Source of the DNA: a virus
Strand: one strand, 5' to 3'
DNA: 64,000 nt
IMG/VR virus record: IMGVR_UViG_3300013132_000021
A program made the translations under genes and the position numbers. How positions within the stretch are numbered: position 1 is the stretch's first letter; every line of letters starts with the position of its first letter. Below, in pieces: positions 38,588 to 46,665 of the stretch. The notes beneath the pieces are model-generated. The model was not told where the DNA came from. It was given only the letters and a program-made list of their open reading frames with translations, and ran no database searches.

Positions 38588-39235
38588 TTAAATGGTAGTT
38601 TTTTGATTGATTTGATCGGAATATATAGTGCCCGGGAACGTTCTGTCAAAATCCGCAAAGGTGATGTGGCTGAGGTTTGACAGTGTTGGGCCTAGTTTAT
38701 CTGGTATGAAAGCACCGGGATCTGCCACTCTGAAGAATTTCACGTGCCTAAATTCTTTGATGGTTTTTTCAGTTTGGCTCAGCCAATTGCCAAAATAAGT
38801 GGCAGAATCTGAGCTTTTTTTATAGTTGTGAGTGTTGGCATACACATTGTTGAATTTGCCATTGTCGCCTTGATAGTCAAAGCCAAATATGTAGATATCT
38901 TTGTGACCCTGCGTGGCAGCGAACCATAGAGCAGTGGGTCCTGAGCTCCAACCTTTGTGGGGGGAAAAGAAGTTGATGTTGTGTTTGGTGCTGATACCTT
39001 TGTTGGGATTTGTCCAAACCTGATGCTTTTTGTGATAGCCTGCACCTATGATTTCGTTCACCATTTTCACATCCACAGCTATCAAATAGTGCGGAGCATA
39101 CTCTCTGTATTGCGCATTGCAGCCATAGACTATGCCGAGATCCATTACACTGAGATGATTTAGTTTCAGTCTGCTGGTGCCGTTGCCTATGACGAATGCC
39201 GGATTATTCTGCAGGTGCTTCTGCTGGGGTTGCAT
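38588..39235 (-). CDS. Rossmann-like nucleotide-sugar-transferase-like protein (DUF115/MptE/sialyltransferase-like)
   Basis: AFVIGNGTSR...YGCNA.YR...P.YL.AVD...SSGPTA...IYIFGFD. Exact start uncertain. Confidence 0.5.
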   Translation of the reverse strand: MQPQQKHLQNNPAFVIGNGTSRLKLNHLSVMDLGIVYGCNAQYREYAPHYLIAVDVKMVNEIIGAGYHKKHQVWTNPNKGISTKHNINFFSPHKGWSSGPTALWFAATQGHKDIYIFGFDYQGDNGKFNNVYANTHNYKKSSDSATYFGNWLSQTEKTIKEFRHVKFFRVADPGAFIPDKLGPTLSNLSHITFADFDRTFPGTIYSDQINQKTTI

Positions 39236-39446
39236 ACATTTGCCTAATAAATCCCAGTTCAGACTCTGATTCTACTTGGTGTGCTTCTGCCTGCAGTCTC
39301 AGTTGATTGATCTGCCGTAGGGTCAAACGTATTTTTCTAGTGTCACTTTTCTTCACAACTGATGAATCTCTGCCGGCATCGTATCTACGATCATTGGCAA
39401 AGTCGTTGTTTTTTTCGTTAAAATAAAAAAATTCGTTTAGAAGCAT
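39204..39446 (-). CDS. Small conserved head-module protein (MLLNEFF...)
   Basis: Likely start is ATG 39446, 4 nt after TAAATA (39451-39456). DTRK.RLTL.QIN.LR motif. Confidence 0.6.
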   Translation of the reverse strand: MLLNEFFYFNEKNNDFANDRRYDAGRDSSVVKKSDTRKIRLTLRQINQLRLQAEAHQVESESELGFIRQMYATPAEAPAE

Positions 39447-39456
39447 AATGTATTTA

Positions 39457-41163
39457 TTATTGAACTGGTGCTTCTGCTGGTGCTGCTTCTGCACCTTCTG
39501 CGCCTGCTTCTGCAGCAGCTGCCATATCTACAGGTGCTTCTGCGGTCTGTGCTGCTGCGTCTGCGGCCATTCCGCCAGCTGTGACACCTACATTTCTCAA
39601 CTGACTCTGTGCATCAAGATCTGGTTTTAATGTCGTTCCGTTTTCTTCTCTCCATAGCATTTCGTTTTCTTTGATTTCTTCTTCTGATAAACCTAGGAAC
39701 CGTTTCATGGCAAATCTTTTGCTGAGATGTGGGATTGCAATCACTTGACTAAATGTAGCAGCGCGAGCAGTATCAAGTTCTGATTGGCGATAAGCAGCAA
39801 AGTTCTGTGGTGAATTGAATTTTAATTCAAATAAACCATTGTCTATGTTGATGCCTTGTGCGTTTAGCCACAGTTTAAATTCTAGATCAAACGTTTCTAC
39901 GATCATTGATTGTAGGCGTTTACAGTATTCATTGAATCTAAGTTCTTGAATGTAAGCAGTACCAACTTTGCCGTCTGATATAGTGTTTGATTGTTCATCA
40001 ATTGCAGTGGGCAAATAACTGCTAGGTATTCTTAGAGCACGGAATAGCTTGTTTGTAAAATAACGCAGGTCTGTGATTTCGCCTAGATTAGTACCTCCCG
40101 GTAGTGTTTCAACTTTTGATCCACGACCTTCTGCAGTCTGTGGGAAGAAGTAATCTTCATTCACGCTTAATGGATTATATGAAGCGTCTATGACGTTGGC
40201 GCCACCGCCTGTTGATGAAGGAATACGGCGCTGTTGGATTTCGTTTTTCACACGCTCAACAAAGCTCATGGCCATGTGTGCCGGCATGTTGCCCACGTCC
40301 ACATAAAAAATACGTCTTTCTGGAGCACGTTGTATACGATAGATAATGATAGCATCTTCCAGCAATTCTTTCTGCTTATAGACTTTGAACACTGATTCTA
40401 GTATTGAATTGCCGAAAGGATAATTGTTGTCCAGTCCTTCGCTCATACTAATGTGTACCACATGTTTGGCATCTATGGTAACTTCATTGGTCTGGTTGCT
40501 GAATCTCGTGCCAGGAGGTTGAGCTGCTGCGCCAACCATGCCTCGGCCAAAGCCACCACCTGTGGTATACGAACTAGTGCCGCTGGGTGCTGTGTTTGTG
40601 GTACCATGTGGAGTCACAGCCACCATATCCTTGAAGTTGAAGTTGATGTCTCTGATCACATACTGCTCAGGTATTTTGCCTTCGCTTTCGTTGACTATGA
40701 TCTTAGTGACTTTGGCAGCATCAACAAACAACCACTTTTTGGTTTCTGGATCTCTCACAAAGAAGCAGTCACCATATTTTAGAGCGTTGCGGAAAATACG
40801 GAATATACGAGTTTCAAACTGTTGTTGTTTGCTCCATTTCTGCAGACTATCTTTCAACAACTTGACTTCAGTGGCAGTAGGGTTACCTTTGAAAAATGTA
40901 TTAAACGGTGTGCGATTTTCTTTTTCTTTTTGTGTGCAGAATTCAGTGAGTATGTCCAAGGCAGCATTGACTTCTGAGTCCATGTCCATGGTATCATACT
41001 GCATGTAGCGTTCTACTCGATTGGGAGCACCGGCGTAGACATCTGGTAGGAAGCTGGAGTAATTGGCACGAGCCGGACCAGGGCGGCCGCGGCCGCTGAT
41101 CGGACTCATAGAGCCGCCCGAATTGTCAATTTTCACAGGGGTAAAGTGTCTTTTCCAGCTCAT
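39457..41163 (-). CDS. gp20: Portal vertex protein (T4 gp20-like)
   Basis: M..DSEV.AALD, LLEDAIIIYRIQRAPERRIFYVDVGNMP, EDYFFP...GRGSKVETLPGG.NLG.I.D..YF, ELRF. Confidence 0.97.
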   Translation of the reverse strand: MSWKRHFTPVKIDNSGGSMSPISGRGRPGPARANYSSFLPDVYAGAPNRVERYMQYDTMDMDSEVNAALDILTEFCTQKEKENRTPFNTFFKGNPTATEVKLLKDSLQKWSKQQQFETRIFRIFRNALKYGDCFFVRDPETKKWLFVDAAKVTKIIVNESEGKIPEQYVIRDINFNFKDMVAVTPHGTTNTAPSGTSSYTTGGGFGRGMVGAAAQPPGTRFSNQTNEVTIDAKHVVHISMSEGLDNNYPFGNSILESVFKVYKQKELLEDAIIIYRIQRAPERRIFYVDVGNMPAHMAMSFVERVKNEIQQRRIPSSTGGGANVIDASYNPLSVNEDYFFPQTAEGRGSKVETLPGGTNLGEITDLRYFTNKLFRALRIPSSYLPTAIDEQSNTISDGKVGTAYIQELRFNEYCKRLQSMIVETFDLEFKLWLNAQGINIDNGLFELKFNSPQNFAAYRQSELDTARAATFSQVIAIPHLSKRFAMKRFLGLSEEEIKENEMLWREENGTTLKPDLDAQSQLRNVGVTAGGMAADAAAQTAEAPVDMAAAAEAGAEGAEAAPAEAPVQ

Positions 41164-44042
41164 GCTTTATATAAATTTCCGTTTAGGCTCTTAGCAGCTT
41201 CGTAGGTAGCATAGGTGTTAGTAGTAGTTTTGGCTGTTAAATCTAATAATTTTACCATATGTGTATTTAACTGCGCCATTAGGGATTCTAAAGATTCTGG
41301 TTTTTTCGCACCATCTTCTTTCTTTTTGGCTTCATCTTCATCAGCTTTTTTCTTGGCCGCTGCATCATCTTCCGCTTTCTTTTTGGCAGCTGCTTCATCG
41401 GCTGTTTTCTTTGCTGCATCGGCTTCTATTGTTTTTCTTGTAGCGTCTGCACTACTAGATGCAGCAGGCGGAGCAGTGCCGCTGCGTCTTGTAGCGTCTG
41501 CACTGCTAGGTGCAGCAGGCGGAACATTGCCGCTGCGTTGTTTAGCCAATGCTTCAGCTTCACTCAAAGCTTTTAGTTTGGATTCAGCAGCTTCAATTTT
41601 TTCAGCAGCAGCTTTCTTTTCTGCACCAGTTTTGGCTGCTGCTAGTTCTTTGTCTGCTGCTTCTTTCTCTTTGGTAATTTCTCCTTTCTTGATGCCTATT
41701 TCAACTGCTCCACCTTGTTTATCGCTGAACTGTTTTAGAAGTTCTTCTGGGCCGGCCGAGTAGTCTAAGAGTTTTTCCTGGGCCTTTACTGCAGCCTCTT
41801 TGGCTTCGGCTTCGCGTTTGGCTGCCGAAGTCAATTGATTGTGTGAAACTTTTTTCTCTTGAAATCTCTTAGCATCTTCTTTTGCCAACTTCTTTTGATT
41901 TTCGACATTTTCTTTACTTTGTTTTTTATTATCTTCTCGAGCTTTTCTTTCTTTATCTCTATCTTCTTGTAGTTTTTTCCTTTCTTCTTGACGTGCTTTA
42001 TATTCCTCTTCTTTGATTCCGGCTAGGCCTCTGGTAAGTTTGCCTATGGCAAATAGAATATCATCAAATAAGCTGTCAAAAAATGTACCCACGTCCTGTA
42101 GTATGTCCATAAACGACGAAAACCCGTCTATGATATTTTTGGTAGCTGACCAAGCTAGTTTGAATGCTCCTACCAATAGATGAATCACCGGTGTGAAAAT
42201 AAAATCAAAAACTTTAATTAATGCTCCAACTGCTATACCTAGATATTGAAAAACCTCTCCAGCAAATGCTCCTGCTTCGATGAGAATATCTCCAAATCCA
42301 CTAGCACTGTCTGATACTCCAAATATGTTTGTTACCAGTTCTTTAAACGGTTGTATAACTGCTTGTATACCGTTCCAAAGTCCGTCAAACGCTATGATAG
42401 CTCCTCGCATACCAGCAGCTAGTATCGGAAATACCGCATTCAACACATCGTCTAGGAATTGCGCAGTGCCTGCTAGACCATCAGCACCAAATTTTTCTCC
42501 TAGATAATCCAGTGCAGGTTGCAGCAGTATGCCTATACCATTGGCCACTTTCATTACCACAGATGCGACAATGTTAAATGCAGGAACTAGATACTGATTG
42601 GCCAGTCCTACCAGTCCTTGGAATGCCTGTATCAATACATCTAAGATACCACTGTTGGCCAACAACATCTTAAAGTTATTGCTTACTTCTGCAATAGCCT
42701 GCTGAAACTCTGACATTTTTTTGTTCATTTTATCAGTTTCAGCAGCAGCTTTTTTCTGTTCTTCAGTGCTTTGTATAAGTGCGTTAGCATTAATCTGCTG
42801 AGTAGCAGCAAGTCTATTCACTGTCCCGGAAAGTTCTGCACTAGCAGCGCCTGCACTTTTTATGCTCTGTAGTTGTTTGCCGCCTTCCTGCTTCATGAGA
42901 TTGTTTAAGGCATTGCGTTCTTCTAGAGTAACTGCTTCACCACGCTGCATTTTTTGATTCATTCTCTGCAGCATGGCTGCGCTCTGAGGCATCATGGCCA
43001 TGAGCTTTTGATTTTCTTCTGTTGTTGCTGTGCCAGTGGCCATGATGTCTTTGGCAAAATCTTGTAGACCATCTGGAAGTCCTGTTGTGACCGCGAGAAA
43101 ACTTTTCCTCACCCCTTCACCTAGTCCGGACATAGATGCTTGGAACTGTGCATCTTTGGCCATAGCTGCCATCTGATCTTCTACCTGCTGACGACTTTTG
43201 CCTGTGGCTTTGGCCAGCAGATCCAGTTCTTTCATATAGCTTCTAGCACCTTGTGCTAGTTCTGCATTGGATTTTTTGCCTTGCTGACCTTGCAGTTTCA
43301 TCAAATTACCATAACTGGCCAATCCTTGATTTATTTCTGCTGTAGAAAATCCCAAAGCGTACAAGTCACTACCAGTAGCTCTTAACTGTTTAGAAACTCT
43401 AGCAAAATTGGCAGCACCGCCTTCTGTGGTAGTTCCAAATGCTCCCATAGCCTGACTATTTGATTTAATCAATGATCCGAACTCTGCCATGGTCATTCCA
43501 GCTTCAGAAGAGGCAGCTGCAAATTTACTGATGCTTCCTCCAAATGTTGCGCCTGACTGTGATACAGATTGATATGATTTAACCACATCATCAGCCGCTG
43601 CTGCCACAGCACCAAACACCGGACCAATCAATGGAATGTTTTTAAATATACCAGCTACACCACTAGCACTGCCATCTAGCTGTGATAAAGCCTGTACTGC
43701 ACCTGTAACAGCTTCGCCCATTCCAATCGTAGCGGCCGTGGCTTTCATTGCGCCACCAGCAAATTTACCTACAACTCCGGTGGCAAATCCTGCAACTATT
43801 CCTAGTTTGTTAAATGCTTTCCCTACAACAGCTCCAGCTAGTCCTAACGGGCCCATCCCTCCACCACCTGCTCCCCCTCCACCACCTGCTCCCCCTCCAC
43901 CACCTGCTCCCCTTCCACCACCTGCTCCTCCGCCACCGCCACCACGCATAGCGGCCAGCAGTTCTCTCAGCGTGGCTTCAGAAGCTGCTCCTTGAGCTTC
44001 TACGTTGCCGACTCCGGGGATGTTAATGAATACACCTGCCAT
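41160..44042 (-). CDS. Tape-measure-like tail protein
   Basis: 960 aa, long helical Ala/Gly-rich segments with amphipathic repeats and a charged coiled C-terminus, adjacent to a chaperone-like gene. Confidence 0.65.
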   Translation of the reverse strand: MAGVFINIPGVGNVEAQGAASEATLRELLAAMRGGGGGGAGGGRGAGGGGGAGGGGGAGGGGMGPLGLAGAVVGKAFNKLGIVAGFATGVVGKFAGGAMKATAATIGMGEAVTGAVQALSQLDGSASGVAGIFKNIPLIGPVFGAVAAAADDVVKSYQSVSQSGATFGGSISKFAAASSEAGMTMAEFGSLIKSNSQAMGAFGTTTEGGAANFARVSKQLRATGSDLYALGFSTAEINQGLASYGNLMKLQGQQGKKSNAELAQGARSYMKELDLLAKATGKSRQQVEDQMAAMAKDAQFQASMSGLGEGVRKSFLAVTTGLPDGLQDFAKDIMATGTATTEENQKLMAMMPQSAAMLQRMNQKMQRGEAVTLEERNALNNLMKQEGGKQLQSIKSAGAASAELSGTVNRLAATQQINANALIQSTEEQKKAAAETDKMNKKMSEFQQAIAEVSNNFKMLLANSGILDVLIQAFQGLVGLANQYLVPAFNIVASVVMKVANGIGILLQPALDYLGEKFGADGLAGTAQFLDDVLNAVFPILAAGMRGAIIAFDGLWNGIQAVIQPFKELVTNIFGVSDSASGFGDILIEAGAFAGEVFQYLGIAVGALIKVFDFIFTPVIHLLVGAFKLAWSATKNIIDGFSSFMDILQDVGTFFDSLFDDILFAIGKLTRGLAGIKEEEYKARQEERKKLQEDRDKERKAREDNKKQSKENVENQKKLAKEDAKRFQEKKVSHNQLTSAAKREAEAKEAAVKAQEKLLDYSAGPEELLKQFSDKQGGAVEIGIKKGEITKEKEAADKELAAAKTGAEKKAAAEKIEAAESKLKALSEAEALAKQRSGNVPPAAPSSADATRRSGTAPPAASSSADATRKTIEADAAKKTADEAAAKKKAEDDAAAKKKADEDEAKKKEDGAKKPESLESLMAQLNTHMVKLLDLTAKTTTNTYATYEAAKSLNGNLYKA
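41436..41538. repeat. 51-bp tandem duplication inside the tape-measure-like gene
   Basis: TCTTGTAGCGTCTGCACT(A/G)CTAG(A/G)TGCAGCAGGCGGA... repeated at 41436 and 41487, encoding RSG..PPAA.SSADATR twice. Confidence 0.9.
43861..43928. repeat. 18-bp tandem repeat (CCACCACCTGCTCCCCCT x ~3.8) encoding GGAGGG linker
   Basis: Units visible at 43861, 43879, 43897 and 43915. Confidence 0.9.
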
Positions 44043-44071
44043 GACTTATTTTTTTCCTGGTAAAATGCGCA

Positions 44072-44100
44072 TATAAATACTTGTGAGCATTATATATTTA
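44072..44100. promoter_or_regulatory. Pair of oppositely oriented late promoters
   Basis: TATAAATA (exact T4 late consensus) at 44072-44079 on plus and TAAATA at 44095-44100 on minus, between divergent genes. Confidence 0.7.
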
Positions 44101-44111
44101 CCGGAGATAAA

Positions 44112-44963
44112 ATGAACCAAAATCAACCTAAAAAGAATCCTTTAGCCAGCTTTTACAGGCAGCCAAAGATCTATGTGCAACTACCGTCCAAAGGAGAATT
44201 TTATCCTCCAGGAAGTCTAGATGTCAGCGAAAATGGTCAATATCCAGTGTATGCCATGACTGCCAAAGATGAACTTTTGTTCAAAACTCCCGATGCCTTG
44301 CTCAACGGTACCAGCACAGTTGAATTGATTAAAAGTTGTATTCCTGCAATTATAAATCCTTGGGTAATGCCAAATTTAGATCTAGACTTTGCACTGATAG
44401 CTATTCGCATAGCTACGTACGGTAACAAAATGGAAGTTGGCACTAACTGTCCTCACTGCAATGCTGAAAACAGCTACGACATGGATCTCACTGCATGGTT
44501 TGATGTTTTTAACAATTTCACCTATGAAAAAGAGATTGCTATTGATCCGTTAACTGTGCATGTTAGACCTTATACCTATAAAGAAGTTACTAAAACTGCG
44601 CTAAAGTCCATGGAACAACAGCGTATCTTTCAAGTTATCAATGATGATGCTCTCAGCGATGAACAGAAACTAGAAAAGTTTGGTGCTAGTTTTTTGAAGC
44701 TCACAGAACTTACTGTTGATATCATCGCAGATTGTATTACTGCTATAGATACGCCCGACGGATCTGTATCAGACAAGGGTATGATCAAAGATTTTATCGC
44801 TAATTGTTCCAAAGATATTTTTCAACGCATACAGAATCATGTGGTACAGATGAAAGAACGTATTGAATTCAAGGCACAAAATGTAACCTGTGGAGAATGT
44901 AACGAACAGTTTAATCTGCCAGTTACTATGGATCAATCAAATTTTTTCGCCGTAAAATCTTAA
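44112..44963 (+). CDS. Baseplate hub / tail assembly chaperone (T4 gp26-like)
   Basis: LPS.G..Y, MTAKDEL, D.D..LIAIRIATYG, CPHC and CGEC pairs, C-terminal NFF. Confidence 0.7.
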   Translation: MNQNQPKKNPLASFYRQPKIYVQLPSKGEFYPPGSLDVSENGQYPVYAMTAKDELLFKTPDALLNGTSTVELIKSCIPAIINPWVMPNLDLDFALIAIRIATYGNKMEVGTNCPHCNAENSYDMDLTAWFDVFNNFTYEKEIAIDPLTVHVRPYTYKEVTKTALKSMEQQRIFQVINDDALSDEQKLEKFGASFLKLTELTVDIIADCITAIDTPDGSVSDKGMIKDFIANCSKDIFQRIQNHVVQMKERIEFKAQNVTCGECNEQFNLPVTMDQSNFFAVKS

Positions 44964-45175
44964 CTCTGTCCTTGCCAGAGATTTTACGAGAAAGTGAATT
45001 ACTAGACAAAGAAGGCAAGGCACTGAAAAAAGACTGCATGAAATTGTGTTGGTATATGCGAGGACTCAGTTATACTGAAGTCATGCACATGAGTTGGGAA
45101 GAACGAGAAATTATTGGAGAGATTGTTGCAGAAAATCTCGAGACAACCAAAAAATCAGGATTGCCGTTTTTCTAG
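44939..45175 (+). CDS. Small chaperone domain (gp51/P2 gpE'-like), probably expressed by -1 frameshift from the upstream gene
   Basis: The -1 frame is open from slippery A AAT TTT TTC (44939-44948) to the stop at 45175. Only a TTG start near the 5' end and no obvious SD. Contains GLSY.E...MSWEER. Confidence 0.55.
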   Translation, partial: KFFRRKILTLSLPEILRESELLDKEGKALKKDCMKLCWYMRGLSYTEVMHMSWEEREIIGEIVAENLETTKKSGLPFF

Positions 45176-45624
45176 AGTGAGTTTCTGTATATCTTTAGAC
45201 TGCGTAGGTCTGTAAATTCTAGTGTAGAGCCGCGCTGTATTTTATCTAAGGTCATTTGTAATTGCGAATCATCAACTTGATTTCGCAGTTTCATAATATG
45301 CTGTAGGTCTTCTCGTGATGCAGATTCACCTTTAATAACCTTATCTAGTATTAGTTTAGTTTTTTCAATATTCAAAATGCTGTTGGTTGCAGTTTTTTTA
45401 GGAGCAGGTGATGCTGATTGATCAGTCTTAGATTTTTTATCAGGCTGTTTATATGGAACACCCGCAAGAGTTTTTCCTAGTTTGATAGTTTTATCAACTG
45501 CTGATACAGCAGAATCGGGAACTTCTTTGGCTAAGTGTCCCGCCAGTGATAAGGGATTACGACCCAAATTCCGATATTTTTCAAAATCACCTTCTGCCTC
45601 AATGACTATTTCAGGAATTTTCAT
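45172..45624 (-). CDS. Hypothetical protein, probable internal head protein
   Basis: N-terminus MKIPEIVIE. Late operon. Confidence 0.5.
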   Translation of the reverse strand: MKIPEIVIEAEGDFEKYRNLGRNPLSLAGHLAKEVPDSAVSAVDKTIKLGKTLAGVPYKQPDKKSKTDQSASPAPKKTATNSILNIEKTKLILDKVIKGESASREDLQHIMKLRNQVDDSQLQMTLDKIQRGSTLEFTDLRSLKIYRNSL

Positions 45625-46664
45625 TTTACAAACACGCTGGCAGTACCATTATTAAGTGCAGATTCAAACATCCTGCGCTTGTGTACTTCCAGCTTCTGCG
45701 CAAATATTTCATTTAGACTCTTACCGTGATGCACTAGGCTAGCAGTGACTGCGGCTGGTTGTTTGGCCGCTGCTCTAGCTGCTCGTTTTTTCACTGCTCC
45801 GGGTGTCTGACTGAGTTGACCTGCTACCTTGCCGCCACCTTGCGCTCTGCCTGCGGGCTTGGCCAACTGTTGGGCCACATTGGCAAATGCACCCTGTCCT
45901 GCGGGCGCCGGAGTTGTTGGTGCCGCGTCTGCTGCAGGCGCTGCTGCAGGTTCAGCAAGATTCGGATTGCCAGGTTTAGCTGTATTTGAGGCACTAACTG
46001 GTGCATTGGCCATTGTATTTGGAGGTTTTCCACCTGCTAACTGCTGTGCCATCTGTCCAAAAGCTGCTGCGCCTGCTGCAGGTTTAGCTGCTGGTTTCGC
46101 TGGTGACTGTTGAATGCTTTTCTGTAGGAGATTTAGTATGCGTGTCTTACCTTGTTTATCGAGTTTATTAATGTTGGCTTTGACCTGTGCGTATACAGTT
46201 TCTCCAGCTTTGGTTGCGGTTTGTTTGTCTGTGACAGCGTCTGTTTTAGCTAGAGCTGTTGCGGCTTGTCCTGTCTGAGGTTTAGCGGCCGCTGTGCCTT
46301 TAGGTCCTTGTGCATTAATATCTTGTGCGGTTGGTGGAGGCTCTGCTGCCGCTGCTGGTGCTGCTGCCGCTGCCGCTGCTGGTGCTGCTGCCGTTGCTCC
46401 GCCTGCTGGTGCTGCTGCCGCAGTGTATCCAGGAGCTCCTGCGTTGGGGTCTGGGTCATCTCCTACAATAGCTTTACCAGTTTGGAATCCTTTTTTCAAT
46501 GCTCGACCAGCACCGACTACTCCGCCTGCTACAGCTCCGACACCTTTGGCAACGCCTCCTACGGCTTTGCCTATGCCACGACCTACAGCTCCTAGGGCTG
46601 ATCCAATAGGACCTTCATCAAGTTGCGCTAACTGCGATTCGGTAAGTATTTCTGTTATTCTCAT
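45621..46664 (-). CDS. Ala/Pro/Gly-rich probable internal head/ejection protein
   Basis: N-terminus MRITEILTE...LDEGP, glycine-zipper segment, low-complexity linker. Confidence 0.5.
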   Translation of the reverse strand: MRITEILTESQLAQLDEGPIGSALGAVGRGIGKAVGGVAKGVGAVAGGVVGAGRALKKGFQTGKAIVGDDPDPNAGAPGYTAAAAPAGGATAAAPAAAAAAAPAAAAEPPPTAQDINAQGPKGTAAAKPQTGQAATALAKTDAVTDKQTATKAGETVYAQVKANINKLDKQGKTRILNLLQKSIQQSPAKPAAKPAAGAAAFGQMAQQLAGGKPPNTMANAPVSASNTAKPGNPNLAEPAAAPAADAAPTTPAPAGQGAFANVAQQLAKPAGRAQGGGKVAGQLSQTPGAVKKRAARAAAKQPAAVTASLVHHGKSLNEIFAQKLEVHKRRMFESALNNGTASVFVK

Positions 46665-46665
46665 T

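Noticed and set aside
46340-46425. GCT/GCC-rich repeats in the 45621..46664 gene
   Set aside because: Low-complexity Ala/Pro linker coding, not a separate element.
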